Shown here: in pieces, positions 41,972-55,101 of the stretch | Numbering within the stretch: position 1 is the stretch's first letter | How the letters are laid out: each line of letters begins with the position of its first letter | NCBI RefSeq assembly: GCF_009914755.1 | Contig: NC_060929.1 | Reading direction: 5' to 3' (one strand) | Length of the DNA stretch: 64,000 bases | Source of the DNA: the human T2T-CHM13v2.0 reference genome, Homo sapiens | Notes under the pieces: model-generated | The model's input: only the letters and a program-made list of their open reading frames with translations | Told to the model about the DNA's origin: nothing | Databases searched by the model: none | Program-made: the position numbers and the translations under genes

Positions 41972-42869
41972 TGTTAGATCCATTTAATAGTATAACTTTC
42001 AAATGAGGCCTTGAAAAGTATAGGGTAAATCTATTTGCTTCCCTATTTGGAAGATAAATAGTTACAGGAAAAAAACAGGAGCCAGAATAATGTCTAAACT
42101 CCCATGTCTTACTAAGAGTATGCATACATACACACGTTTCCATCGGCTTAGAAAATTTCTGGAAAGAACTGTTAAGAAGATGTTAATAGTGCTTGCCTCT
42201 GGAGAGTGAACTGTTTACACTTTCCTACTGTTTGAACAGTTTACTCACGTACCCCTTTTCAATCATGTTTTAAATAATTTTAATAACATATTTTTAAGTC
42301 ACATTCAATATATTTTTTAGAAAGCAATAGGTGTTGATTTTCAGTCAAATTAGAGTTAAAATGGGGTTTTCCAATCCATTTGAAATTCCAAAGCCCCCGT
42401 TGAGGGAGCTGGGCCCCAGGCTTGGATGCCATCTGCCGGCAGCAGCCCCAGCCCTGGCATGGAAGCTTGTAGACCATCACAGCCTCCTTTGAGTGGAAAA
42501 CAGAATAAAATGGAAGAAAGTGCCACAAAAGCCCACAAAGGATTGCTCGCTGTGTGGTCATCGTTCTCTGGAATAAGATCCTTAGTCCTAAAGCACTCAG
42601 GTCTCTTTTGGAGCAGATGCCAGTGGCAAGTCTCACAGCGGTCTGCAGCCACCATGAAGGGAGGTCTGAGTTTTCTGTCCAGCACGATGGTCTGCAAGCG
42701 TGTGCGGACCTGTGGCTCGTGTTTCCTAGTAATCCCCAAAAATGCTTCCTTGAAATGCTTCTTTAAGGAGCCCCAACTACAGTCACCTGGAACGAGCTGT
42801 AAAACTGTGTAACATGAGGTCATTTCATTCTGGATTCTGGATCCTGGATCCCCAACAGAATCAATAAGA

Positions 42870-42985
42870 AAATGTCAAAATGCTGGGCCCCAGGCCCGCT
42901 CCTGACTTGCTGAATCAGGACCTCTGGGTATGGGAACACAGTCTCATTGTTAACATGTTACCAGATGATCCCTGTGAAACTTTCT
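42870..42985 (+). mobile_element. MER5-like hAT fragment
   Basis: ctgggcccca...tgctgaatcaggacctctggg...ttaacatg...ccagatgat. Confidence 0.55.
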
Positions 42986-43193
42986 GCTTATCTGTGGGTC
43001 AGTATTCAAGAGTTTCCGTAATTTTCAAGTTGAAATAAGAATCTTATGTAAAATATAGTGACTTTCCCAAGGGCTGAAACTTGCAGATTTTCCCAAAAGA
43101 GACTCCATGTCTCAATCTTGAAATGGTTGGGAGAAATTTATGCATCAAAAAGGAGCATTTTAAAGACTTATCGTGTGCCAAGATATATTAATA

Positions 43194-43526
43194 CAGTCAG
43201 CCCTCCATATCCATTGGTTCCATATCTGTGGATTCAACAATCAGGGATGGAAAGTAATTGGGATAAAGAAATTCCACAAGTGCTGTAAGGCAAAACTTGA
43301 ATCTACTGTGTGCCAAATACTATGTTGAATCCAAGCAAATGAAATGATGTATAGGCATTACATAGGATACTACAAGTAATCCAGAGATCATTTAAAGTAT
43401 ATGGGAAGATGCTCACAGGTTATATGGTAACACTACACCATTTTCTGTCAGAGACTTGAGCATCCACAGAGTTTGGTATCCACAGGTTCTTGGAACCAAT
43501 CCCCCATGGATACAGAGGATGACTTT
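43194..43526 (+). mobile_element. MER2 (MER2B-like) TcMar-Tigger fossil
   Basis: Imperfect terminal inverted repeats cagtcagccctccatatcca / tggatacagaggatgact with flanking TA; gacttgagcatcc and ggaaccaatccccc. Confidence 0.88.
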
Positions 43527-43965
43527 ATTCTCCATCTATATTCCACTGGGCTGACTGCCATGTAGTTATTTCATTACTTTTTACTGTTTTGGGTCCTTGG
43601 GAAAAACAACATGTCATGCCCAGAATGATAAGGTGATATCTGAACAGGTTCCCCAAACACAAAGACGAGCATGCATGGCACTGAAGTGAGAGAGTGAGAA
43701 GAGAACTTCAGAGAGACGTCCAGTGTTGCTAACCACAGAGGACCCAGTGGAGAATTCAGAGAGAAATTACAAGTTAAACCAATGCTAATTATTGACCAAG
43801 AAGGCCTTAACATTTCTTTCTCTCGAGGGTAATGTCAAGCCAGCAAGGTCTGAGAGTTGGGGGTGCAAGTATCTGAGTAGCTGTGCACACAGATACCTGG
43901 GTACCAATGTGGAGATCACTGGGAAACAGGATTAAATCAGTAGGAATAAGAAAAGTCCCCAGGCA

Positions 43966-44156
43966 CACCGGGGACTGTTGTGGGGTGAGGGGAAGGGGGA
44001 GGGATAGCATTAGGAGATATACCTAATGCTAAATGACGAGTTACTGGGTGCAGCACACCAACATGGCACATGTATACATATGTAACAAACCTGCACGTTG
44101 TGCACATGTACCCTAAAACTCAAAGTATAATAATAATAAAATTTAAAAAAAAAAAA
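43966..44156 (+). mobile_element. L1PA3/4-like severely 5'-truncated insertion
   Basis: G-rich 3' UTR, gcattaggagatatacctaatgctaaatgacgag, poly-A; perfect 18-bp TSD aagaaaagtccccaggca at 43948-43965 and 44157-44174. Confidence 0.95.
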
Positions 44157-44872
44157 AAGAAAAGTCCCCAGGCAGTGAAGGAATCATGCCTCACACTATC
44201 AACATGGTTGAAGAGGATGGGAAAGAAGGGCTATTGAAGGGCTACTGAGCAGTGAAGTTATTTATGAGATAGAATTTTGTGGCTATTAGAGAGGGGGTTT
44301 GAAAAACAAAAGGGTAAAACTTAGAATGATTCTGAGATTTCTAGTTTGGGAAACTAGATTCGTGTATTTACAGACAAAGATAAGGAAATCCAATTACCAA
44401 AAAGTCATTAAATGAATACAATCTGCTCTTACATTACTATAAAGTTATTATTTTCCATGTTTATCATAAATATTTCAGAGCTAATTATCTGGGCTTGGTT
44501 TCACTTGTGTACTTGGCTGATTTTTCTCATTCCTCCTCTTCCCACTCAGCATTAAATAATTGGGATCCACTCCCAATGAGTGTTTCTGAAATACTCTTCA
44601 AAGTCATTGCCAAGGGAGAGATTGCCTTTTCGGATTGGTGTGTCTCAGATTTATCACAAGAGTGGGCAGATGTGAGGGAAAAGGAGAATGAGCTTTGGCA
44701 GTAACAATGCAGAGAAGAGTTTTGTTATTCTTAGTGAGCATCAAAAGGCAGAAAGGCATCCTCATAAATCATTGTCCAAACCAATAGCCTTCCCCAGAAA
44801 CAAAGTTTTGGCCCTTCTCATCTTTTGAGCTAAAAGAATCAGATGCCAAGAACAGGGAGATGAGATGCATGA

Positions 44873-45170
<298 letters not shown>

Positions 45171-45699
45171 TGCATGAACTGTTCTGAGGCCTGATGAGCC
45201 TTTGCTTATTCCCAGATTAGAACTCCGGGCACCTTCCACTTCCATGGGTGAGAACTTCAGGGTATTTACTGGAGGACTCCAAACTTCTGTTTGTCCATGC
45301 CATGTTGAGGAACACCTCAGCTGGCCAAGTGGGTATACCTGGAAAAAGCTCTTTGTTTCCTGGCACAGACTAGAGGACTGTAAGCATGGGTGGCTTTCCA
45401 ACTGGACAGAATCTGGTAAACAAGCACCAGGAGCCTCTAAGCCAGGATCAAGCTGAGGCAGGTAGCAGCAGCTCTGTGCCTGGAGGTGGGAGCCGGGGTG
45501 GGTGGAAGGTCTAGGCAGGCCTAAGCCCGCCCTGGCCCAGCGTGGGTCTGGCGTCCTGCCTGCGGGAGGCTGGTTCCTTGTGCAGAATTACTAAATGCTA
45601 CAAATAAGGAAACACTGCAGATGAAAGTTTTAAAGGTTTATTAGTAATAACACCATTCGGGGCACTAAAACTTCAAAGTCCTTTGACTAGCAGAGTCTA

Positions 45700-45890
45700 A
45701 CTAATCTTTACAACACCCCAGTGGGCTAGGTAAGCAAATAAATATTATTATCCCTATTATGTGGAGCACAGAGAGCTGTAAGAGGACTTGCTCAGGGCTA
45801 CAGGAAGATCAGCGTTACTCACATCTTGGTAACTACCAAGTCCAGACTCAGAACAGCAGGCTGCCCCTTACTCCACTGACTCATGCTGCC
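45700..45890 (-). mobile_element. MIR fragment
   Basis: taatctttacaacaccc...tattatccctatt...gacttgctcagggctaca. Confidence 0.6.
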
Positions 45891-46229
45891 ACAAAAACGG
45901 CAGGGAGGGCCCGGGAAAGAGACTCTCATGATTCAGAACAGAACTTGTGACAGAAGCAGGCATTGTTGGTTTTTTTCTTGTTGCAGCTTTAATAACAGTA
46001 AATGACAGTAATTTTGCCCAATTAGAAATGTCTGACTTGAGATGTTAGGCAGACGCCTTCATTACTGGAACGTCTACTGTAGGATTTTGACAAATCTTAC
46101 CCAGAGTGGGACCAGCTTCCCTAGGGCTCCTCCTGAATGGTGACTCCTACATACTAAGGCTTTCCAGGTTAACCTAAAAAGTGTAGGTTTGCGAACTAAA
46201 CAGTCCTTAGTGGGGGTTTTAATCCTTCT

Positions 46230-46700
46230 TTTAATAAATTACAATATGTTTCTAAATAAAGAAATTTTAGAAAATATGAAATGGTAAAAAGAAAATGGTA
46301 GTATGTGAACTCTTCCTAGTACTATAAGTGATTTCTGGTAACACTTGGGGGTGTGTCCTACCTGTAAATTTTATGCATGTAAATACATTTAAACTATATA
46401 AAATTCAGGCTGTCTATATTTCTTCAAATCCTTGAATACCATCCAAAAATCTGATTTAAATGGCTACATAGCAACCCGTCAAATGGTGGCATCCATTTAC
46501 TCGGCCAATCTCCAGCTACATGATAGTTTGGGGTTTCGAATTACTAGTATCACAACACCAGATAAACATCCCTTTTCATGAATATTTCTATTAATTTCAA
46601 AATTTTAGAAGAAGAGCCACTGAGTAAATGGATTCATACATATTTAAAGCATTTCATACCTACCGTCACATTGTTCTCCATAATATTCTATCACTTTCCA
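46230..46700 (-). mobile_element. Old L1ME remnant
   Basis: tttaaatggctacatag..., ataaacatccct..., ctgagtaaatgg; degenerate reverse L1M. Confidence 0.45.
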
Positions 46701-46780
46701 CTTTCGTATGTTGTAAGAGGTTCATTTTTCTGAGCCTCCAAAATTTCTATGTTGGTGAGGCTTAAGAGTAGCAATGGATT

Positions 46781-46782
<2 letters not shown>

Positions 46783-46811
<29 letters not shown>

Positions 46812-47091
46812 GAGATGAAGTCTCTCTCTGTCGCCCAGACTGGAGAGCAGTGGCACAATCTCGGCTCACTGCAACCTCCGCCTCCCAGATTCAAGCGATT
46901 CTCCTGCCTCAGCCTCCTGAGTAGCTGGGACTACAGGCACCCGCCACCACTCCTGGCTAATCTTTGTATTTTTAGTAGAGATGGGGTTTCACCGTATTGT
47001 TCAGGCTGGTCTTGAACTCCTGACCTTGTGATCCACCTGCCTCGGCCTCCCAAAGTGCTGGGATTACAGGCATGAGCCACCACACCCGGCC
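46783..47091 (-). mobile_element. AluS (Sg/Sc-like) with (GTTTT)n tail
   Basis: Reverse Alu; TSD agcaatggatttt at 46770-46782 and 47092-47104. Confidence 0.93.
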
Positions 47092-47639
47092 AGCAATGGA
47101 TTTTAATTAATAGCTAGTGAATTTAGCATAAGGTCATGCTTAAAGCCTAGATTTTAGTTATGCGGAATGTTTAATTGGGGTAGTGAGAGAGGGCTACCAG
47201 AGAACAGAGAAAGGTAATGTTTACCCATCTCCAAAATAGCCACCACCTTCTATTAAGCAACCATAAAAACAACTCATGTACAAGATTTTTGCAAGCAAGG
47301 TGTCCCCATTTCACATTTGAGAAAAATGAGGCTCAAAAAGATTCACTCACTCGCTCCAGGTCATTGATCCTAGGTTTGGAGCCAGGATACCGGCCCTAGG
47401 GCATCTGTTCCATCCCACTGGGATATCAATGGAAACTAAAAGTGCTGGAGACCCTGAGCAGGGTAGACAAGAGAATGTTTTTGTTCATGATTTTTTTTAA
47501 TCTTCTTCTTCCAAATTATAAATGGCAGAAATGTTTTTGATGCTAGCTTCAAGGCAACCTTCAGCATGCAAGAACCCCCAGCAGGCTTGCATTAAAAGCA
47601 TTTTGTAAGAACCTTGGGTATTTGGAGTACTTTTACTTA

Positions 47640-47870
47640 AATCTTGAGGAACACATGTTTAAGAGGGCAAGCTCTGAGCCAGACAAATGTGGCTTTTATT
47701 CCTGAGTCTGCAATTTAGGATGTGTACAACTTTGAGCAGGCCCCAAATGGAAAATCCAATCTTCATTTGTGAAATGAAAAAGAGGGGGAATTAAAAGAGA
47801 CAGTACATGCAGAAGGGTAATTCCAACGTCTGGACATGGTAAGTCCTCAAGAAATGGCAGCTTTTAAGAT
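47640..47870 (+). mobile_element. MIR fragment
   Basis: tttaagagggcaagctctgagccagac...tcttcatttgtgaaatg. Confidence 0.55.
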
Positions 47871-48359
47871 GAGCATGTTAGGGGGGGTTCCACTATTTCA
47901 AACAAGGTCACAAAGAGGTAGCATAGGTTTTTGACTTACAAGGAGAGAGAAGGTAATCTCAACTCCACAGGCTGGAAACTCTATTCCCTTGATGTTAGGG
48001 TGTGTCCCCAGGTTGCACAAAGAAGTTTCAGAAGTGGGAAATTCCTTGTTCCTATAGTGTGTGCTTCAAACAAATTATGCAGCAATACTGTACAATGACT
48101 GAGATTTGGCTCTGGGGAAATAAACAAAATTAGATTCCACAACCAACTCTGTCCAGGAAGTACCACTGCCTCTTGAGTCCTTACCTTCAGTAAGCTCCAT
48201 ATGTAAAATAAAGATCATTGAATTTCCAGCTCATGTGAGAAGTGACTGAGACAACATGACATATGCAAAGGTAAGGGTAACAATGTCTATCACATAAAAC
48301 AAAAAACTCATACAGGAATTACAGTATCCATGAGCGCTGTCCAGTCTTCCTCCCACTTC

Positions 48360-48691
48360 TTCACCTCTTCAAAGTTGGCCATAGTCCCAGGATTTCTCTG
48401 GCCAATGAGATGTAAATAGAAGGAAACCATGCCTCCTCTGGATGAAAGCCTTCCCAGGGTCAATGGACCATATGCCATGTTCTCTTATTTCCCTAACAGT
48501 GACCAGCAACTCTCAAGATGACAGCCACCCCAGAAATCAGCCTGCCTCCCAAAGACAGACCTCTTCAAAGAGCACCTCCAGCAAGCCCAGATGCACATGG
48601 AGCACAAATGAGAAATGAACATTTGTTGTTTGAAGCTGCAGAGATTTAGGGGTTGTTGGTTACAGCAACCTGGCCCATAGAAACTGATGCA
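48360..48691 (+). mobile_element. MLT1 (J-like) MaLR LTR
   Basis: ctggccaatgagatgtaa...tgagaaatgaacatttgttgtttgaagctgcagagatttaggggttgttggttacagca. Confidence 0.75.
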
Positions 48692-49786
48692 GATTTTAAT
48701 ATGAGTAGCTTATTAGTCCATTCCATAGAGCTGGAAAAAGCGATCCTAGTTATTTTTTATCAAAACATTAATAATAATTATGATAAGGAGGGCTTTCTCA
48801 AGTAGAGTAGGTAGCTGAAAAGAAAAACAATGTAATGTTGAAGACGAAACCCTCATTCAGGACCCTCTGAGAACTGACTCTGCTTTCTGCCTTGGAAAAG
48901 GTCAGGGCTCACTGACATAGAGTCTAATTTAGGAACCAGGAGAACCCAATTCCCTTCACATCCGTATATCACACACCTAAGTCTACAAGAATGGTAATAT
49001 GAGTGTCCTGAGGATGAACGAGTGATGGGGTCTCAACATGTTGGGGCTGATGTCTCAGTTCCTACAGGACCCTTCTTGGGAGTGCCCCTGAAATACTGCC
49101 TAACTGGGTATCTGAAGAGGAACGAGGCAAAGGAAAGCTGCCCAGAGATAGCCTAAAATTGCCTTCCAGAGGTTTCTGTATTCTAATTGTATTCTGTATT
49201 CTAATTCTCTAATTGAGTGAGTTAATTAGAGAGAGAATGGTGTGGCCCTTCCTACCAATACATAATCCACCAGAAAGACTGGAAGTTTTTCAGTACCAGC
49301 ATAAGTAAGGATAGGAATGCTTGATTTAAGACTAGAAATAACTTACGACAATTAAAAAAACATTTTTAGCAAAGTAACCCGTCCGATTAGAAACTGGTTT
49401 GTTAGAAACAGTAGCAAAGAGAGTTTTTAAATATCCAAACTATGCATCCTAAATAAGTTTATAAGTCAATGTTTGTTAAGTTGAGTAACTGTTGCTATTA
49501 ACAATCTTTGCAACCAATAAGTCTGCATGTACCCCTTTTAACAAGATTCATTAAATACCTAGCTAAACGATACAGCTAAACGATACAAGCAAACTCATTG
49601 TTCAAATTTAAATGCAAACTCATTGCTCAAAATTAAATGCTCTGTGGTATGCTTTTATTCCCAATTTTTCTTGAAGGAAGAATGCAGAAAAGTAGAAAAA
49701 GTAACAACCTGCTCCTCTTAGAAAAATGATTGAATGCTTTATACAGTGTAAGATCTATAATGCAAATTATTAAGAATCTGGCTACA

Positions 49787-49902
49787 TTTTTTTATTATAC
49801 TTTAAGTTTTAGGGTACATGTGCACAACGTGCAGGTTTGTTACATATGTATACATGTGCCATGTTGGTGTGCTGCACCCATTAACTCTTCATTTAACATT
49901 AG
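49787..49902 (-). mobile_element. L1PA4/5-like 3' end stub
   Basis: ttattatactttaagttttagggtacatgtgcacaacgtgcagg...gctgcacccattaact; no TSD seen. Confidence 0.92.
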
Positions 49903-50399
49903 AAAAAAGCTATTGACTATTGACTCATTGCTTCTATCTCTCAAATACACACAACCAATCATGTTTTCTGACAGCATGCATCCTCTGGGAAATATTTCCT
50001 CCACCTCTTCTCTAAAACTTGGCAGTGTGAGGTTTTGTTTTGCCTTTGGTTTTTCTTCTATCTGCCTCATGACACTTTTGAGCATAAGAAAGACATCATC
50101 TAGTGCCCTGGAAGATGCTTTGTTTTGATTCTTGTTCTTTTATGGCACCCTCTGATAGCATTACCTGACTTTGGAAATCAATTCTGTGCTGTGAGAATAA
50201 GGTTTGAAATGAAAACTTCCTGCCTTGTGTTGAAAGGACAGAGTTAGTTTTATTGAGGCTAGAAAGTATTTTTCCCTGTATTGTTCTATAGACACAGAAA
50301 CAATCCTTAGCTCAGTCTGGGGCAAAAGCCAAAGAAATTGTCTAAAATGGCAGATCCTGAAGGAGGCTTGGGGGTTGGGAGGTGATGAGGAAGCAGTCA

Positions 50400-50860
50400 A
50401 GAAAACTGTATAATAATAATTTTGTTCACTTCCAGATAGTCTCCTAATGTTTTCATAGATCTACTTTTCTTCATTGTGCAAGCTGCATATGTCCACTGTA
50501 AAAGTTTTAGAAAAATGTAATAAAAGAAAGGGAAAAAAGCATTCACTATCTGAGTATCTACAGATAATCATCACTATCATTTTGATGCATTTCTTTCTAA
50601 TCTTTATTCAAAATTTTTAGAAGTATATATAAAAATATATAAAATACATATACTTATATAGAATTAGTATTTATTGAATAAGTTATGTATAGGATATATT
50701 TCTCTGCATATAAAGTGAAATCCTTTAAAAGCAGAATTTTAACAACTGCATAATATTCATGTCATGTACGTAGCATTATTCATTTCATCATTTCCTTACC
50801 GGTGGCCATTTCTTTGCCCCATATTTTAAGTTGTTCATTCTTTTTTCTGTATTTTGTTTA
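50400..50860 (-). mobile_element. Old L1ME remnant
   Basis: tgtaaaagttttagaaaaat..., atcattttgatgcatttctttcta, ttttaacaactgcataatattc. Confidence 0.45.
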
Positions 50861-50867
50861 TTTACAT

Positions 50868-50930
50868 ATGTACCCTAAAACTTAAAGTATAATAATAACA
50901 AAATAAAATAAATATATATATATATATAAA
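50868..50930 (+). mobile_element. L1PA extreme 3' stub with A-rich/(TA)n tail
   Basis: atgtaccctaaaacttaaagtataataataa is the L1PA terminus. Confidence 0.8.
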
Positions 50931-52428
50931 ATGCCCACAAAATAAAGGAACTAAGTCATAAATATGCATATGATTTACATAAAGGAGCTAAAATAAGAAA
51001 AAAAAAAAGAATGATAAAAGTCAGCAGGGAAAAGAACTACCAAATCACCTAGTCAAGTAAATGATTTACAATAACAAAAACAAACTTAAAAACTCTACTT
51101 GTAACAATTTTACTGGTGACTAATACTTCTTTAATTAATAAAACCTATTGGCTGCATATGGCAATCAGTGGTAAAAAAAAAAAAAAAAAAAAAAAAAAGA
51201 CTACCAACCAACCAATAAGCCCATGTAGACCCTGGTTCTGTGACCCTGGTTCTGACTCTCCAGGAACAGCCACCGGGGATCAGGCTACCAAGACGAAGGC
51301 AGAGAGCAGGCAGGGTATGTAGATTTTACCCCAAAATTCTGGCCAAACCTAGGGCTCAATATATTCACTGGGGAGAGGAATAAGGAAGGAGAGAGAGGAG
51401 GAAAGAAGGAGGGAAGGAGCTGAAGAGGAGGGGCTGGGGAGGAGTAAAGGAGAAGAGAAAGAAACAGGCTCAGGGATATGGGCTTAGGGAACGTGGTGTG
51501 CATGGCCATGGGTGGACTGGCAGAAGGGCTTCTGGAAAAACTCAGCCCTGTAAACTGGCAGAGAAGGGCACACATGCATCAGCACGAGGATACCAGGCAT
51601 GAATATCCAAGTGCTGCAGAAGCCATGTGCTCTCATGAGCTGGAGGGAGGGGAGCAGATGAGCAGCACAGCAGTCCAAATGCTGAAAGAGCAGAGCTGTG
51701 AATCAGTGATCAAAAGACAGGGTGACCACATGGAGTCCAAAGATGCTGGTGAGAAGCAAGATCATACAACAGATAGGAATGGAATGCCCACTCCACAACA
51801 TATGGGGCATGTAAGATACATCATGGACGTCTACCCACAAAAAGCGATGTCAAATGAGTTTTTTTTAAATATTAGAAAGACGGTGAAGAGTATAATAAAG
51901 GAGGGGCTAATAAAAGGCAAGGATGCTGACAGAAAGAAGTCCTCTCCAAGGTGAAGAATTCCGTCCGTCAGAGCTGATGATCAGATTGATCAGTGAGAGA
52001 AAGGATCTTACGTGGAGTCCGAGCATCCCAAAGAAGGCCACTCCTGTACACCCAGCTGAGGCCAGGTGCAAATGTGATGTGTGGGGTGGGGGTGTGCCTG
52101 AAGCCAAGGCTAACCCAAAACATCTGCTGGCTTAAAGGGATTCTGGGGGAGGGCTCAGACACACATGGGGAAACCAGCTGTGAGAGGCATGAATCAAAGA
52201 ACAGAGCCTTCCCACCAGGAAACAGGAGTCTGGCTTGAAAAAGACGCAAGAGTAAATAGGCACATGTGAGAAGCATGCTTAAAAAAAAAAAAAATAGGGC
52301 ATTCTGGTATTTCATCTGAAAGAGTCTACACATGTTTTAAAGATTTATCCATTCACTAAGAAATTGCAAGAGAAACACCCACCACGTGCAAGGCACAGCG
52401 GCATGCATCTTTTTCTAGCTCAAAGTGA

Positions 52429-53126
<698 letters not shown>

Positions 53127-53619
53127 TAATTATGTACCACAGTCTTTGTTTTCTTATTTGTTGTCTATTGCCTTGGTTAGATTTTCCAAAGAAAGGACCG
53201 TGTCCTTCTTAGTCATGGGTGTCTGTCAAGTAGTGGAGGCTCTGTGAATACATTCTCTAATTTTGAGCAGGTCAAAGCAGGACAAACACAGAATGTTTAA
53301 TGAAAAGGCAGCCTTTAAAGTAACATTTATTTTCCATTTCATAAAAGTTTTCAAATGATTTTACAAATATGCAAGAAAAATTCATCTGCATAATACCTAG
53401 TGGCATTATCTATATTATAACCTAATTGTCCTGAGCAACAAAGTAACTAAGGACCCCAAAATGAAAAATAAAGTTGATTTAGCCAGTTGGTATTGTTAAA
53501 AGTTTGACTGGAAGCTACTCTATAGCAGGAAAAAAGAGTCTCATTCATATTTGTATTATCAGTGCCAAGCAAAGAACCTGGCAATTAATAAGTGCTCCAT
53601 TAATGTGATTTTGATTAAA

Positions 53620-54270
53620 AGTGTTCACGTTTTAAACTAACATATGGCAGTTATCTTTAAAACTATAGAATGACACAGGTGGAAAGAAAATCTCCCTTCC
53701 ATTCCCAAACTTCAACTCATTTTACAGAGGTAGCTAATGAGAAAAAGTCAATGTATATTCTTCGAAACATATCCATGCATTAATGATCAAAAATACCTAT
53801 GCAAGGAGATATTAGGCTATACATGCTGTTTAACACCTTTCTTCATTCACCCTTCATTCACATATAATAGATATTTCCATGTTTGCAAAAATAGATACAT
53901 CATTCTATGTAAAGGCCGTACATTACTCTGTGCTTTATTTAACCAGGTCACTTCTGTGGACATTTAAGGTTTTTTCCACGATTAAAAATAAAAAAAGCAA
54001 TGAACATCTACAATTGTGTAATTAGGTGGACATAAATACAAGATAAATCCCCAGAAGTGGAAGCATCAGATCAATTAATGTTGATAGAAATTTCCTAAAG
54101 CACCAAACAGCTATTATAGTTACATCAACCCTTGCACATGTTGGGGGTTTACTTTTTTTTTTTAATCTTTACCAAGCTAATAGGTGAAAAATAGTTGATA
54201 GTTTACATTTCTTTCATTCTGAGTGAAGCTGAACAGCTTTTCATACTGTTAGCTGCCTTTTTGGTTTCTT
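53620..54270 (-). mobile_element. Old L1ME remnant
   Basis: tttatttaaccag...tggacatttaagg, gataaatccccagaagtggaa, aagctaataggtgaaaaatag. Confidence 0.55.
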
Positions 54271-54585
54271 GATAAAAGCTAAAGGAGACTGATGCCTCCA
54301 TGCCAGGTACCAGGAGGGTTATGGCAAGAGCAACAACCCTCTGAAGACAGGCTGGATGGAGTCATGATTCCCATCCACACAGAGCTCAAACCACCCTGGG
54401 CTCTGAATCTCCAGCCCAATTGCCTAACGCATCTCTCACCTTACCCACACTTCTGCACACTATGCCTTATTATTTTTTAAATGCCTATTCTTCATTTCAG
54501 GTGACATACTTTTCCATCATCTTTACCACAACATCTACTAAGGCAAAATAAAAATACCCATTGCCATTAGAAAACAGCAGAACTG

Positions 54586-54740
54586 TACCAGATTTGGTGG
54601 CTTATATCTGTCATCCCAGCAGTTTGGGAGGCCAAGGTAAGAGGACACATCACCTGCGGCCAGGAATTTGAGACTAGCCTAGGCAACATAGCAAGACCAT
54701 GTCTTTACAAAACTAAAAAAAAAAAAATAGCCATGCATGG
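54586..54740 (+). mobile_element. AluJ left arm, interrupted by THE1D
   Basis: tcccagcagtttgggaggccaagg...ctaggcaacatagcaagacc, A-rich linker, then tagccatgcatgg. Confidence 0.9.
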
Positions 54741-55101
54741 TAATATGATTTGGCTCTGTATCCCTGCCCAAATCTCATCTCGAAGTTTAATCCCCATATA
54801 TCAAGGGAGGGAGGAACCTGGTAGGAGATGATTGGATCCTGGGAACAGTTTCCCCATGCTGTTCTCATGATATAATGATTTAAAAGTGTGATTCTTTCTC
54901 CTTCTCATTCTCTCTCTCTCTCTCTCTCACCACCATGTAAGACGTGCCTCTTTTCCCCTTCATCTTCTGCTGTGACTGTAAGTTTCATGAGGCCTCACCA
55001 GCCATGCAGAACTGTGAGTAAATTAAATCTCTTTTCTTTATAAATTACCAAATGTCAGATAGTTCTTTATAGCAGTGAAAACAGGAATGTAATGTAATAC
55101 A
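54741..55101 (+). mobile_element. THE1D 5' LTR
   Basis: taatatgatttggctctgtatccctgcccaaatctcatctcgaa ... ttctttatagcagtg...taataca. Confidence 0.9.

Noticed and set aside
42280-42823. Cluster of four overlapping ORFs
   Set aside because: Locally GC-richer sequence with few stops; no recognisable protein or exon boundaries
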